Positions 30,106 to 43,690 of a stretch of DNA of 64,000 bases are shown here, piece after piece; position 1 is the stretch's first letter; every line of letters starts with the position of its first letter. Origin of the DNA: Candidatus Kerfeldbacteria bacterium (lineage in GTDB: Bacteria; Patescibacteriota; Patescibacteriia; JACPL01); assembly GCA_016182525.1 (NCBI GenBank), contig JACPGL010000029.1:22997-86996 (forward strand). Direction: 5' to 3'. The notes beneath the pieces are model-generated. The model ran no database searches. It had not been told where the DNA came from and was given only the letters and a program-made list of their open reading frames with translations. The position numbers and the translations under genes are program-made.

Positions 30106-31143
30106 TTGTCTTCTTCCATGACGGTTACTTTTCTCACGTTCGGGCCATTTGAAACAGCGAGCACGCGATATCGCGTTCTCCAATTTCTTCCATATCTTGA
30201 GCTAGATGGAATACATTGCCGGACAGTATTGTATCTGGGGCATCATCGCTCACTCAATAATCTCGCGAAGGGTTGGTATCTTGTTCGAGCATTCGTCTTA
30301 TCGCTCCGAGCTGATGTTGTGTTTATCCAAAAAATTCTGCTCCCGTCGTGGTTCCTTAAGATTCTGCGGTTGATTTCAAAACGAATCGTGTATGGCGTTG
30401 ATGATGCAATGTGGCTTCCTGGGCCAAACGTAGCAGGGTTTTCTCGGGAGATTGTACAAAAAAGAGAAAAAAAATTTATCGCCGTCGTCAAGAACGTTCA
30501 TGAGGTCATTGTAGGGAATAATGATCTCAAACTCTTTGTTCAAAAATACCAGCCTCGGGTTCATCTTGTTCCCACATGCATCGACGACAGTCACTACCCC
30601 CAAGAACAAAAACCTCTTCCCAAGCGCTTTTGTGTTGGCTGGATTGGATCTTCCGCAAACTTTCCGTATCTCCAAAATCTTGAAAATGTTTTTGAAATTC
30701 TTTTTCAGAAGTATGGGGAAGAGGTTTATTTGAAAATCATTAGTGACCAACCGTTCGTTTCGACAAGCGGAATAGAAATCAAAACTGTAAAGTGGAACAG
30801 CGAAACAGAGATGAGAGAAATGCAAGAATTTTCCGTAGGTCTTATGCCTCTTCTCGACTCCGAGTGGGCGCGCGGCAAGTGCGGATTTAAGGCTCTTCAG
30901 TACATGGCGCTTGGCATCGTTCCGGTCGCCAGCCCTGTTGGGGTGAACACGAGAATTATTCAAGACGGGAAAACAGGATTTCTCCCTCAAACGCTAGATC
31001 AATGGCTGCATGCTCTCGAAACCCTCAAAAAATCTACGACTCTTCAAAAAGAAATGGGTGATCAAGCGCGCGAATTCTTTCGGAGTCACTATTCTCTTCC
31101 TGTAGTCTATCCCCTTCTTAAAAAGATTATCGACCGCTCATGA
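30106..31143 (+). CDS. GT4 glycosyltransferase
   Basis: ASTRYRVLQFLPYL, VGWIGS and GKCGFKALQYMALGIVPVASPVGVN motifs. Start at TTG 30106 or ATG 30118. Confidence 0.88.
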   Translation: MSSSMTVTFLTFGPFETASTRYRVLQFLPYLELDGIHCRTVLYLGHHRSLNNLAKGWYLVRAFVLSLRADVVFIQKILLPSWFLKILRLISKRIVYGVDDAMWLPGPNVAGFSREIVQKREKKFIAVVKNVHEVIVGNNDLKLFVQKYQPRVHLVPTCIDDSHYPQEQKPLPKRFCVGWIGSSANFPYLQNLENVFEILFQKYGEEVYLKIISDQPFVSTSGIEIKTVKWNSETEMREMQEFSVGLMPLLDSEWARGKCGFKALQYMALGIVPVASPVGVNTRIIQDGKTGFLPQTLDQWLHALETLKKSTTLQKEMGDQAREFFRSHYSLPVVYPLLKKIIDRS

Positions 31144-32360
31144 GCACAACACATCGTCCCTATCGGGTTCTCATGGTCATTCCGTTTGTGCGGCATATTG
31201 GCGGCATGGAACGGCAATCGCTTCAGCTTGCTCAGGCGCTTTCTCGGCGCGGAGTTGGGGTCACGTTCCTCACGACTGCACGGCTGTGGGAATTTTTTGG
31301 TTCAAAACCCGCGCGAGTGCACGGGGACATCGAAGGGTTCCCTGTTGTCACGATTCCCGGCGTCTACATTCCGATCATGAAAAATTTTCCTCTTGAATTT
31401 CTTCTCTGGGGAATGGCGTATCTCGCCTTTCATCGCCGATCATTCGATATTCTCCATGGGCACCAATTATTTTCTTCCGGAGTCGTTGTTGGAGCCGGGA
31501 CGCGCTTGTTTGGCATCCCTTCTCTTGTCAAACTTGCGCGCTCGGGCAAGCTCGGCGATGTGGAAGATGTCGAAACTCGTCCATTCCAGAGGATTAAAAA
31601 ATTCATTTTTCGTTCGATCACTCGTTTCATTGCCATGACGCCTGCCTTTGTCGAGGACCTGACACATTTCGGCATCGCACAAGAGAAGATTGCGCTCATC
31701 CCCAACGGCGTTGATACCGAGCGATTCGCCCCTCCGGCCTCTCGTGAACACAAAAATGAAATCCGTACACGCCTTGGTCTTCCGCTTGACCGGCCGATCG
31801 TGCTCATGGACTCGCGTCTTTCTCCTTCAAAACGCCCAGAACATGCGCTCGCGGCATGGAAGATCGTCCATGATGCTGAACCCAATGCCCTTCTTGTGGT
31901 GATCGGCCGCGGCGGATCACGGGAATCGCTGCCGCCTCATCTCACGATGTTTGTCCACAAACACGGGCTTGAAGCTTGCGTGGATTTCCGCGGCGTTGTG
32001 CCAAACCCCGAAGACTATGCAAAAGCCGCCGATCTGTTCACGCTCGGCTCGCGATCAGAAGGCATCAGCAATGCCCTGCTCCAAGCTGCCACAACGGAGT
32101 TAGGGATTGCGGTGCCAAACAATCCCGGAAATGCATCGGTTATTCAAGACGGCGTGAGCGGCATTCTTGCGGATCTTGATTCCCCTGAATCCCTTGCACG
32201 CGCGCTTCTTTTTCTCCTTCAAAATCCTGAACAAACAAAAACCATGGGCGAGCGCGCTCGCGAGCATGTTCAAAAACACTTTTCCTTTTCCTCTGTGTCT
32301 TCCGAATATCTGAATCTGTATCACGAACTCACTCGTGCGAACGTAAGTGCTTCTTCGTAA
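31140..32360 (+). CDS. GT4 glycosyltransferase
   Basis: GGMERQ, IPNGVDTERF, RLSPSKR and SRSEGISNALLQA motifs. Confidence 0.88.
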   Translation: MSTTHRPYRVLMVIPFVRHIGGMERQSLQLAQALSRRGVGVTFLTTARLWEFFGSKPARVHGDIEGFPVVTIPGVYIPIMKNFPLEFLLWGMAYLAFHRRSFDILHGHQLFSSGVVVGAGTRLFGIPSLVKLARSGKLGDVEDVETRPFQRIKKFIFRSITRFIAMTPAFVEDLTHFGIAQEKIALIPNGVDTERFAPPASREHKNEIRTRLGLPLDRPIVLMDSRLSPSKRPEHALAAWKIVHDAEPNALLVVIGRGGSRESLPPHLTMFVHKHGLEACVDFRGVVPNPEDYAKAADLFTLGSRSEGISNALLQAATTELGIAVPNNPGNASVIQDGVSGILADLDSPESLARALLFLLQNPEQTKTMGERAREHVQKHFSFSSVSSEYLNLYHELTRANVSASS

Positions 32361-33430
32361 ATCTTTTTGTACGCGTGGATAATAAGCGGCCACGCATGCT
32401 GCTTTTCCAGTTTCTCACGAGCACGAGCACCATACTCCGTGCGAAGTTTTTCATTGGCAAGAAGTGTATTCACCGCGTGCGCAAGACGATCTGGATCATT
32501 CGATACAATGATCCCATGCCTCTGATCTTCGATCAAGTTTGACGCAGCAGCAGGAGTGACAACGCTCGGAATTCCCGAAGCCATTGCCTCCAACACCGAC
32601 AGTGGTTGACATTCGTCACGCGAAGGGAGCACGAACACTTGGGCGCTTTGATACAGATCGGCCATCTTGGCGTGTTCCACATTTTTGTGAAGCTCAATCT
32701 TTGCTTCGTGAAAGCGTTTCTGAAGACCAAGCTCAACGACGCGCGTTGCAACGATAACTTTTCCGTGGATCATCGGCGCGGCTTTCAGGAGGATATCAAT
32801 TCCCTTCATCACGCTCGCGCGCCCAACAAAAAGCACAATTGGTTCTTTGGACGGCTTTGGAGAAAAAAGCGCAGTATCGACCGGATTCGGAACAATCGAG
32901 ATCTGACTTGCAGGAATGCCATACCGATCGCGCAAAAAATCCGCCATGCTTTGTTTTAACACGACAAGCTTTTGCGCGCGTAAAAGACTGCGCTTTTCGA
33001 GCGTGCGGATGCGCGCGCGGATGAGCGGATTCACCACCGGCCAATATTTTGGAATACGCGCAACATTTTCGGCCATGTGGAGCCGGATTGCGTGAAGCGA
33101 TGTGACCACCGGAACAGGAGGTACACGTTCAGCAAACATCGTTGTCGCGCAGGTGTGAATAAGATCGAAATTCGGCGTAATCGTTTTCGCGATGAATCGC
33201 CCGAGTCGAGGAACCACCGTGATGTCGCGAACGTACGGGAAAAGCCGAAGCATTTCCGGTGCCCGAAACGCAAGACGATTCGAATCCTTTCCTGAATACG
33301 TGAAGGTCTCGGTTTGCACATCTGGCTCGAGATTTAGCCGTGACGCCAAGGCAAACATCGCCTCTTGCTCCCCTCCTTGACGCCGTGTCCCATACAACTC
33401 ATTCACAAACGCGACGCGGATCGGTTTCAT
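32321..33430 (-). CDS. GT4 glycosyltransferase
   Basis: VPNPVDTALF, FVGRASVMKG and FVLPSRDECQPLSVLEAMASG motifs. Confidence 0.9.
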   Translation of the reverse strand: MKPIRVAFVNELYGTRRQGGEQEAMFALASRLNLEPDVQTETFTYSGKDSNRLAFRAPEMLRLFPYVRDITVVPRLGRFIAKTITPNFDLIHTCATTMFAERVPPVPVVTSLHAIRLHMAENVARIPKYWPVVNPLIRARIRTLEKRSLLRAQKLVVLKQSMADFLRDRYGIPASQISIVPNPVDTALFSPKPSKEPIVLFVGRASVMKGIDILLKAAPMIHGKVIVATRVVELGLQKRFHEAKIELHKNVEHAKMADLYQSAQVFVLPSRDECQPLSVLEAMASGIPSVVTPAAASNLIEDQRHGIIVSNDPDRLAHAVNTLLANEKLRTEYGARAREKLEKQHAWPLIIHAYKKIYEEALTFARVSS

Positions 33431-35451
33431 AAAGCTGTCTCCCCATCGTCAACGGTGATTGGCGCTGAATGAGGGATCGCGGAAGATTGAACACGAAACA
33501 GAAAATACGTTTCTTCCCGCTCCTCAATCTTTCGCGGCGGAGTATCTTTTTGATGCGTTCGAATTTTAAACACTGATAAATTGCGTTTCTCGTCATCGAC
33601 ATAGCTTGTAATCCACGTTGTGGGGATGAGATTCGGATAGGTCAGATTCCACTCTCGAACAAACTCAAGATCGCTATCATTGTAGAGAGGATGAACAAGA
33701 CTTCGACGTGAGCTCAAAATATACGCATCGTCAGATTCCGCAATGAGAGTGAAGAGTTCCTGCTCGCTCAATCCGTCCCAATTTGGAAGCGCGCGCACGT
33801 CATACAGATAGTGCAGCGCATACCCCCATTGCTGCCACCTCCAGCCCGGCTCCATAATCAAGAGATCGTTTGGCTTGAATTCACGAGCCAAACTTTGAAT
33901 CTGGGGTTGAACACCTTTATGATCCACATACAAAAGGAGCGGAGAGGAAATGGAAAGGTTCACAAGAACACCGATGACACCAACGAGAACGGCTTGTCGA
34001 ATATTTTTCACCCACGCGCTCACGCCGAGCGAGGCAAAAAGAAAAGAAAGCGGAACAATCGTCGCAATAAAACGCCGCATGAACCAGGGCTGGTCAACCG
34101 CAATGTGGGGATCGAGAACAAAGACAAAAGCCGGGAGAAGGAGGATAAGCGGAACCCACCAGGTCTTTAATACTCGACGAGCGAACAGAGCGAGAACTCC
34201 AATAACGCTCCACGGCAAGACAAGATAATAGAATAGATTCTCAAACACAAACTGGGTTTTGAGATAGGTCCAGTCGATCGTTTCAATGCGCCGGAGATAC
34301 GGCACAAACCAGAGTTCAAAGAGAGCTGCTGCAACGAGAACAAGGACAATCCCGATATCAACGCGCGACCAGTTTTTCGAAAATCGTTTTTCAAAGATGC
34401 GGCGAAGGGGAAACGAAAGGCCACAGAGCGCCACGAGGACTGCCGAGACGCCAATGATATGGGCTCCAAAAAGTGTACCGATAGCACCAGTTGCCGCGCG
34501 AGAGGTATACTCAGTTAAATGACTCGAGAAACGCTCGGTATACTCGCGAGAAAGGATGTACGGCGCAAAAGCGGCAATGCCAATTATCGCGCTTTGGAGA
34601 CTCTGCCGCCGATCGCCACTCTTAAAGCGCATGATCCACAGGCCAAGGACGAGAAGCGCCGCCATGGCCAGATACGCAACCCCCTCACCGCGAATAAGGG
34701 TACTCATGGCGATAGGGAAAAGGCCAAAGCTCGCAAAGCGAAGGTCTTTTTCTTGAACCCCACGGACGATGAACAATACCCCGAGCCACAAGCACAACGC
34801 AAAAAGATTCTCAGAAACCGTTCGCCGCGGAAACCACTGCATGAGATAGGTTGTGGAGAGAAAAAGCACCGTAAATAATCCCGCACGATCTGAATGAAGA
34901 CGCCGGCTAAGAGCGAACATCACGAGCAGAAAAACACCCGCAAGGAGGCCATTCGCAACAAGCGCGCCTTCAAGACCGCCAAAAAGAATCCATGACGCAA
35001 GATACACCACATACCCGGGAAGAAACTGCGATGTGAAAACGTCACCCTCTACCACCCGAAAAGGATGATACGGCCGAGAGATGACATCCTCAAATGCCAG
35101 ACTCCTGCTTTCCACAACCTTGACTGCGGCAGTTAGATAGCCCATGTCATCGCGACCCAGTGGAAGATCGTGGTGAAAAACAGATGTCAAAAGCGCAAAT
35201 GTCAAGATAATGAATCCGCTCGCAATGTCTGTGCGCGAAAGTCTCCACGACAAACCGCGCCTCATCCAAACGAAAAGAGCAACGGCGCCCACGCCTATAG
35301 CGAAAAAAGCGGCGGCAACAGCCGTCTTTTCAAAGACTCCGAGAACGGCAAAAAGCACACCAATGCCAACAAACAAGGCAACAGCAGATCCTGCCACGAG
35401 GGCGAGATCTTCAATGAGATGTCGTGGATGGGATGAGGCGGTTGAAGGCAT
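33427..35451 (-). CDS. Polytopic membrane GT-C-like glycosyltransferase
   Basis: GRDDMGYL (DD in the first loop), SQFLPGY, SENLF, RGEG and PWFMRRF motifs; many TMs. Confidence 0.7.
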   Translation of the reverse strand: MPSTASSHPRHLIEDLALVAGSAVALFVGIGVLFAVLGVFEKTAVAAAFFAIGVGAVALFVWMRRGLSWRLSRTDIASGFIILTFALLTSVFHHDLPLGRDDMGYLTAAVKVVESRSLAFEDVISRPYHPFRVVEGDVFTSQFLPGYVVYLASWILFGGLEGALVANGLLAGVFLLVMFALSRRLHSDRAGLFTVLFLSTTYLMQWFPRRTVSENLFALCLWLGVLFIVRGVQEKDLRFASFGLFPIAMSTLIRGEGVAYLAMAALLVLGLWIMRFKSGDRRQSLQSAIIGIAAFAPYILSREYTERFSSHLTEYTSRAATGAIGTLFGAHIIGVSAVLVALCGLSFPLRRIFEKRFSKNWSRVDIGIVLVLVAAALFELWFVPYLRRIETIDWTYLKTQFVFENLFYYLVLPWSVIGVLALFARRVLKTWWVPLILLLPAFVFVLDPHIAVDQPWFMRRFIATIVPLSFLFASLGVSAWVKNIRQAVLVGVIGVLVNLSISSPLLLYVDHKGVQPQIQSLAREFKPNDLLIMEPGWRWQQWGYALHYLYDVRALPNWDGLSEQELFTLIAESDDAYILSSRRSLVHPLYNDSDLEFVREWNLTYPNLIPTTWITSYVDDEKRNLSVFKIRTHQKDTPPRKIEEREETYFLFRVQSSAIPHSAPITVDDGETAL

Positions 35452-36493
35452 CGAGATATCGTTCAACAATGATTGACCAATTATAGTGTTCACGTACAAA
35501 TATTTCAGCTTCAGTTCTGATAACTACAAGAGAAGAAGGATTTGCTGCAAAGTCCGCGATTCGCTGGCGAAAGGCGCCGGCATCCCCCGCTTCCACAAGC
35601 CAACCGCTCTTCCCTTCTTTCACGGCATCGCGTATCCCTTCGATATTGGATGCCAGAACCGGCAGCCCGCTGGCTCCAGCTTCGATTGCAACAATACCAA
35701 ACCCCTCGGCATCACCCGGCACAAGAATGTTCGGCATCACAAAAAGATCAGCAGTGCGGTAGATCATTCGAAGCCGCTCGCGACTCACTCCGCCAAGCAG
35801 CTTCACTCGATCGCCGAGGTTCCTTTTGTGTATCTCGCGTTGGATCGAAGGCGCCATCGGGCCTTTCCCGAGCACAAGGTAGATGACGGATTCCGGCAAC
35901 TTCGGCATCACGGTTTTCACAAACCACAGCACTCCTTTTCGCTGAACCAGTCGGCCCGTGGTGATGCACACAAATCGCTCGCTCGTTGGCATCCCGAGAA
36001 AATCGGAAAGCTCGCGCCGTTCATATGTTCTGCTCCAGTCCTCGATATCAACTCCGACAGGGATGACGACGCGCGGCTCCAAGCCCCACTTTTTCGCAAG
36101 CCGTTCTGTTGAAGAGCTGATGCAGATATACAGATCAAAGGATCGAATGCACCAGCGTATATAGCGCTGATACAGGGGATTCGGGTAGGTCAGCTCAAGC
36201 CCATGAACGGTCGTCGCAATTTTCTTCCGCGGATAGACGCGCTTCATGACCCACGCAATAATCGAAAGAACAGGATCGCCAATATGGATCATATCATACC
36301 GGCGGGCTGAAAACAACGCATAGAGCATCACGGCGATCGTAAAAAACGGCAGCCATATTTGAGAATGGCGCCATGCAATAATCGTCTTTTCACATGGGAT
36401 CTTTTGGGTAAGGTGGTAACTTAACTGCTCCATCCCGCCGATTCGGGGGGGATACTTTCGGGTGATAAAAAGAACGCGCAGTGGACGAGTCAT
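35411..36493 (-). CDS. GT4 glycosyltransferase
   Basis: ITRKYPPRIGGME, GRLVQRKG and DAEGFGIVAIEAGASG motifs. Confidence 0.9.
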   Translation of the reverse strand: MTRPLRVLFITRKYPPRIGGMEQLSYHLTQKIPCEKTIIAWRHSQIWLPFFTIAVMLYALFSARRYDMIHIGDPVLSIIAWVMKRVYPRKKIATTVHGLELTYPNPLYQRYIRWCIRSFDLYICISSSTERLAKKWGLEPRVVIPVGVDIEDWSRTYERRELSDFLGMPTSERFVCITTGRLVQRKGVLWFVKTVMPKLPESVIYLVLGKGPMAPSIQREIHKRNLGDRVKLLGGVSRERLRMIYRTADLFVMPNILVPGDAEGFGIVAIEAGASGLPVLASNIEGIRDAVKEGKSGWLVEAGDAGAFRQRIADFAANPSSLVVIRTEAEIFVREHYNWSIIVERYLDAFNRLIPSTTSH

Positions 36494-37401
36494 TTTGTAT
36501 TCCTCCAATACGCCAACACATCGGCGACCGTCTGCTCAAATGGAATCACCGGCCGCCATCCTGTCTCATTTTGAATTTTTGATGGATCACCGAACCGAAT
36601 CGGGCAGTCAACGGGTCGAAAGAGCGCAGGATCCGATTCTACAGTGATTGTGGTGGTTGACAACCCGAGCATCATCTCTAACACATCGCTGATCTTTCGA
36701 GGAATACTACTGCAGACGTTATACATCTCATGGGACTTCCCGTTCTCGAGAAGAAGCCGATAGGCACGAACGACATCGCGAACATCAGAAAAATCTCGCT
36801 CGGGGGCAAGATTTCCAACGCGTAAAATCGGCTCGTGTTCTCCACGCTCGATCTTCACAATTTCCGAAGCAAAATAGGGAATCACGAAGGGAGGAGGCTG
36901 TGTCGGCCCTGTATGATTAAAAGCGCGCGCGACAACTATTTCAAGATCCGTTGCTTCCTGCACAAGACGCTCTTGCTCAACGCGCGACTTGGCGTATGGT
37001 GAATCACCTCCGATGGGATCAGTCTCTACGGCTCCGCGATCAAAAGTCTCCAAATAAAGCTCTCCCGAACTCACAACAAGAATTCGTGAAGGCTTCGACA
37101 AGCTCCGCGCGGCCTCAAGGATATTCCGTGTTCCCTCAACATTGATCGCAAACGTCTCCTCGGGACGCTTCCAACTTTCTGCAACCGAACTGAAACCAGC
37201 GAGATGGAGCACAACGTCTGGTTGGGCATCCTGAAACGCTCGCTCGACAACGAGAGTATCTCGAATATCGCCACAGTATGTATGGCACACCGCACTCTCG
37301 TTACGATCAAACCCAACCACACGCGCTCCTGTTTTTGCAAATTCAGCGGCAGCATAGGGCCCGACAAATCCCGCGACTCCGGTAATGAGAACCGTCTTCA
37401 T
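36490..37401 (-). CDS. GDP-4-keto-6-deoxy-D-mannose reductase (Rmd-like SDR)
   Basis: TGVAGFVG, HLAGFSSVAESW, SPYAKSR, RAFNHTGP and GNLAPERDFSDVRDVVRAY motifs. Directly downstream of gmd. Confidence 0.75.
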   Translation of the reverse strand: MKTVLITGVAGFVGPYAAAEFAKTGARVVGFDRNESAVCHTYCGDIRDTLVVERAFQDAQPDVVLHLAGFSSVAESWKRPEETFAINVEGTRNILEAARSLSKPSRILVVSSGELYLETFDRGAVETDPIGGDSPYAKSRVEQERLVQEATDLEIVVARAFNHTGPTQPPPFVIPYFASEIVKIERGEHEPILRVGNLAPERDFSDVRDVVRAYRLLLENGKSHEMYNVCSSIPRKISDVLEMMLGLSTTTITVESDPALFRPVDCPIRFGDPSKIQNETGWRPVIPFEQTVADVLAYWRNTK

Positions 37402-37402
37402 A

Positions 37403-39332
<1,930 letters not shown>

Positions 39333-39336
<4 letters not shown>

Positions 39337-40625
39337 CGTCCGATGCTTACATATTCAAATCCGAGCGAGCGCATTTTCTCTGGAGAAAAAACATTTCGGC
39401 CATCAACCATTTTCGGCGATTTCATAAGCGACTTCACTTTGGCAAGATCAATCTGGCAAAACTCATCCCATTCGGTGAGAAGAAGCACGACATCAACATT
39501 TTCGACTGCGTCGTAAGCGCTCTTCACATATTCTACATTGGGAAAATGTTTGGCACATTCGGTTTCAGCAACTGGATCGAACGCGACAATCTCCGCACCT
39601 TCTTGCGTCAGTTCTTCAAGGACAACGAGCGAAACGGCATCACGCATATCATCCGTTTTCGGCTTAAAAGCTAAGCCCCATACTCCAATTCGTTTCCCTC
39701 GTATATCTCCGACCAGTGATCGTAATTTGTCAACAACTGATTGCTTCTGGGATTCATTGACCTCTTCAACAGCCTTGAGAATCGAGAAATCATACTTAGC
39801 GAGCGTCGCGATGCGAATCAACGCTTTCACATCTTTCGGGAAACAGCTCCCGCCATATCCGGCGCCCGCGCTTACAAAAGCATGTTTCCCAATACGCTTG
39901 TCGTATCGCATGCCTTCAGAAACCATTTCAACATCTGCGCCCACGCGCTCACAAATATTTGCAACGCTGTTCATGAACGAAATGGACGCCGCCAAAAAGG
40001 AATTGGAAGCATACTTAATCATCTCCGCACTTTTGACATCCGTGAAAATAATGGGGCAGTCAAGAGGTTTATACAGTTCCTGAATAATGGACTTCGCACG
40101 TCCATTGTTCGTACTTCCGATCACCACACGATCAGGATGGAGGCAATCTTGCACTGCCGATCCTTCGCGTAAAAATTCGGGATTTGAAACAACCTCAAAT
40201 TCTCCGTCGTAGTACTTTCGAATAATGTCGTGGACAATGTCCCCTGTTCCAACCGGAACCGTACTCTTATTCACAATCACTTTAGAGCCGTTCATGTGTT
40301 TTCCAATCTCTTCGGCAACGGCACGAACATACTGGAGATCGGCTTGGCCATCTTTGTCAGATGGCGTACCCACCGCAATGAAAATAATGTCCGACGCCCG
40401 TACAGCCTCGCCAGTGTTTGTCGTAAAGGTCAATCGCCCATCTTTCGCATTCCGATGAACAAGCTCCTCCAAACCCGGCTCATAAATGGGGATAACCCCT
40501 TCCTCTTTGAGTTTGCGGATCTTTTCTTTGTCAATGTCAACGGTGATCACATCATTTCCAAGTTCCGCAAAAATTGTTCCGGTGACAAGCCCCACGTACC
40601 CAGTTCCAATGACAGCAAGTTTCAT
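39333..40625 (-). CDS. ugd: UDP-glucose 6-dehydrogenase
   Basis: [40 protein letters not shown] and [12 protein letters not shown] motifs. Confidence 0.95.
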
Positions 40626-41548
40626 AGTGCGTTTTGAAAATACTCAATCATCTTTGGGAGTCCCTCCTCAAGTGTCGTTGTTGGTTTCCAACCAAGTTTT
40701 TTTGTGGCAAGAGCAATATCCGGGCGTCGCTGTTTCGGATCATCACCAAGAGCCGGTTTATGCTCGATTCTGGAACGCGAATGAGTGAGACGCTTCACCG
40801 TGTTTGCAAGATCGTTGATGGAAATTTCCTCGGGGTTCCCAAGATTCACCGGCGTCGTTACTCTTTCGGTGTTCATGAGACGGATAAGGCCGCGAACCAT
40901 ATCATCAATGTAGCAAAAACTTCGTGTCTGATTCCCATTTCCATAAATCACAAGCGGTTTCCCTTGAAGCGCGTTTGGAACAAAATTTGTGAGGACGCGA
41001 CCGTCATTCAACGCCATGCGTGAACCATACGTGTTAAAAATCCGCGCAATCCGAATATCCACTTGACTCTGGGTATGGTACGCGATCATGAGACTTTCCG
41101 CAACGCGCTTTCCTTCATCGTAGCAACTACGAGGCCCGATGGGGTTCACATGACCCCAATAGGACTCCTTTTGCGGATGCTCTTCGGGGTCGCCATAGAC
41201 TTCTGATGTTGATGCTTGCAGGATGCGCGCGCCGCATCGTTTGGCAAGGCCGAGCATATTCACCATGGCCACTGTCCCCATTTTGATTGTTCGCACGGGG
41301 TTCTCTTGATAATGCACAGGCGATGCCGGACACGCGAGGTTATAGATTTGGTCGACTTCGAGGTACAACGGCATGGTGGTGTCGTGGCGAATCAGTTCAA
41401 ACCGCGGATTATCGAGAAGATGGAGGATGTTTTTTTTTGATCCTGTAAAATAATTGTCGACGCAAATAACCTCATGACCGTCATGTAAGAGACGTTCCGA
41501 GAGATGCGATCCAATAAATCCGGCGCCGCCGGTGACAAGTATTTTCAT
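40622..41548 (-). CDS. UDP-glucuronate decarboxylase (UDP-xylose synthase)
   Basis: [34 protein letters not shown] and [10 protein letters not shown] motifs. Confidence 0.93.
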   Translation of the reverse strand: MKILVTGGAGFIGSHLSERLLHDGHEVICVDNYFTGSKKNILHLLDNPRFELIRHDTTMPLYLEVDQIYNLACPASPVHYQENPVRTIKMGTVAMVNMLGLAKRCGARILQASTSEVYGDPEEHPQKESYWGHVNPIGPRSCYDEGKRVAESLMIAYHTQSQVDIRIARIFNTYGSRMALNDGRVLTNFVPNALQGKPLVIYGNGNQTRSFCYIDDMVRGLIRLMNTERVTTPVNLGNPEEISINDLANTVKRLTHSRSRIEHKPALGDDPKQRRPDIALATKKLGWKPTTTLEEGLPKMIEYFQNAL

Positions 41549-42489
41549 AGAGAAGGTTTTTCGGATATCGTATTCTTTTGAAACCACTCAACCGTTTTAC
41601 GAATTCCCTCGTCTAATGCAACCTGTGGTTCCCAACCGAGCTCTTTTCTCGCACATGCAACGAGAACTGCGCTTCTGCGCTGTTCGCCAGGTTTTTCTGG
41701 CCCATACTCCTCTTGCACATCGGATCGGGTCGCCTTTTTTACTTCCCTAAAGATGTCGTTCACCGATGTTTCAATCTCTGTGCCAACATTGTACATTCCT
41801 TCTTTTTCCGAATCCATAGCGCAAAGATTCGCACTCACCACATCAGACACATACACGAAATCTCTCGTGTTATTGCCATCTCCATTGATTACTGGCTGTT
41901 CATTCTCAAGCATTTTTTTGACAAAGATCGCGACAACACCAGCTTCGCCGTACGGATCTTGGCGAGGGCCATACACATTTGCGTAGCGAAGAATCACCGG
42001 AAGCGGCCCGCCAAGAGCAGCGTAACAGCGCGCATAATATTCGCCGGCAAGCTTTGACGTACCGTAAGTAGAGACAGGTGCACAAGGTGTATCTTCGGGA
42101 GTCGGCAACACAGACACATCTCCATACACCGCGCCGCCAGTGGATGAGTAAATCATTTTTTGCACACCCGCTGATTTTGCGCACTCCAACAGATTGACCG
42201 TTCCTTCGATATTGATGCGAAGATCATTCACCGGGTCGGTGACAGAATCCCGCACGCTTTTTTGCGCTGCAAGATGGAACACAACATCGGGGCGAAAGCG
42301 GTTGAACACATCGACAAGAAAAGCTTTATCAACAATATCCACCTTGAAAAATTCCGCCTGCGCGTTGACATACTCTTTCTTGCCTGAAGAGAGATTGTCA
42401 ACAACCGCAACCGTGTCTCCACGCTGAACAAGCGCATCCACCACATGAGAACCGATAAATCCTGCTCCTCCGGTGACAAGCACGTTCAT
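41545..42489 (-). CDS. NAD-dependent epimerase (UDP-glucose 4-epimerase-like)
   Basis: [35 protein letters not shown] and [19 protein letters not shown] motifs. Confidence 0.88.
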   Translation of the reverse strand: MNVLVTGGAGFIGSHVVDALVQRGDTVAVVDNLSSGKKEYVNAQAEFFKVDIVDKAFLVDVFNRFRPDVVFHLAAQKSVRDSVTDPVNDLRINIEGTVNLLECAKSAGVQKMIYSSTGGAVYGDVSVLPTPEDTPCAPVSTYGTSKLAGEYYARCYAALGGPLPVILRYANVYGPRQDPYGEAGVVAIFVKKMLENEQPVINGDGNNTRDFVYVSDVVSANLCAMDSEKEGMYNVGTEIETSVNDIFREVKKATRSDVQEEYGPEKPGEQRRSAVLVACARKELGWEPQVALDEGIRKTVEWFQKNTISEKPSL

Positions 42490-42492
42490 AAT

Positions 42493-43650
42493 CTACCCGA
42501 GGTATGCTTTTAGAACATCGACTTGATCGGTTTTTTCCCATGTGAAATCTGCGTCATTGCGTCCGAAATGGCCATAGGCAGCGGTCTTTTGATAGATCGG
42601 CCTCTTGAGTTTAAGGTGTTTGATAATTCCGCGCGGCGTCAACGGGAAGTGCTTCTCGACAATTTCAGCAATGTTCTCTTCGGGCAGTTTGCCTGTCCCG
42701 AATGTGGTCACAAACACCGACACCGGTTTGGCAACGCCGATAGAATACGAGAGTTGGATTTCACACTTTTCGGCAAGTCCGGCCGCAACCACATTTTTGG
42801 CAATATAGCGGGCCATGTACGCCGCCGAACGATCGACTTTTGACGGATCCTTTCCTGAAAAACATCCTCCTCCATGGCGTGCATACCCGCCGTATGTGTC
42901 TACGATAATCTTGCGACCGGTCAGCCCTGTGTCCGCTTCTGGCCCTCCAACAATAAAGACACCGGTTTCGTTGATAAAGACTTTTGTTTCATCATCCATC
43001 CATTTTCCACACACCGGTTGAATCACTTCTTTCTTGATATCAGAGATGATCTGCTCACGAGACACTTCGGGATTGTGGTGAACGGCAATCACGACTGCAC
43101 GCACGCGCGTCGGTTTGCCATCCACATATTCAACCGTGACCTGCGATTTACCGTCCGGGCGAACCCATGGCAAGATTCCTTTTTTTCGAACTTCGGACAA
43201 TCGCATGGTTAATCCATGCGCAAGCGAAATCGGCAAGGGCATAAGCTCCGGCGTTTCATTGCAGGCAAATCCAAACATCAAGCCTTGATCTCCTGCTCCC
43301 TGCTCGTGATCAGAGCTTTCATTCACACCAACCGCGATGTTCTGGCTCTGTTCATGAATGCTCGTCAACACTCCGCAGTCATAACAGTCAAGGCCGAATT
43401 CTGGATTGGTGTATCCAATGTCTTTGAGCGTTCGGCGCACAAGCCCCTGAATATCGACATACGCATTTGTCGTGACTTCACCTCCGACAACAACAAGACC
43501 CGTCGTGGTAAAACACTCAACCGCGACTCGGGAGTTTGGATCCTTTTCCAAGAGCGCGTCGAGAACGGCGTCTGAAATCTGATCGCAAATCTTATCCGGG
43601 TGCCCCTCGGTCACCGATTCTGAAGTAAAGATGGAAGATGCATGAGCCAT
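42493..43650 (-). CDS. metK: S-adenosylmethionine synthetase
   Basis: [27 protein letters not shown] and [14 protein letters not shown]...[10 protein letters not shown] motifs. Confidence 0.98.
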   Translation of the reverse strand: MAHASSIFTSESVTEGHPDKICDQISDAVLDALLEKDPNSRVAVECFTTTGLVVVGGEVTTNAYVDIQGLVRRTLKDIGYTNPEFGLDCYDCGVLTSIHEQSQNIAVGVNESSDHEQGAGDQGLMFGFACNETPELMPLPISLAHGLTMRLSEVRKKGILPWVRPDGKSQVTVEYVDGKPTRVRAVVIAVHHNPEVSREQIISDIKKEVIQPVCGKWMDDETKVFINETGVFIVGGPEADTGLTGRKIIVDTYGGYARHGGGCFSGKDPSKVDRSAAYMARYIAKNVVAAGLAEKCEIQLSYSIGVAKPVSVFVTTFGTGKLPEENIAEIVEKHFPLTPRGIIKHLKLKRPIYQKTAAYGHFGRNDADFTWEKTDQVDVLKAYLG

Positions 43651-43690
43651 AGAGAGATAAAAAAATAGGAATCAAATGCGAAGAATACAA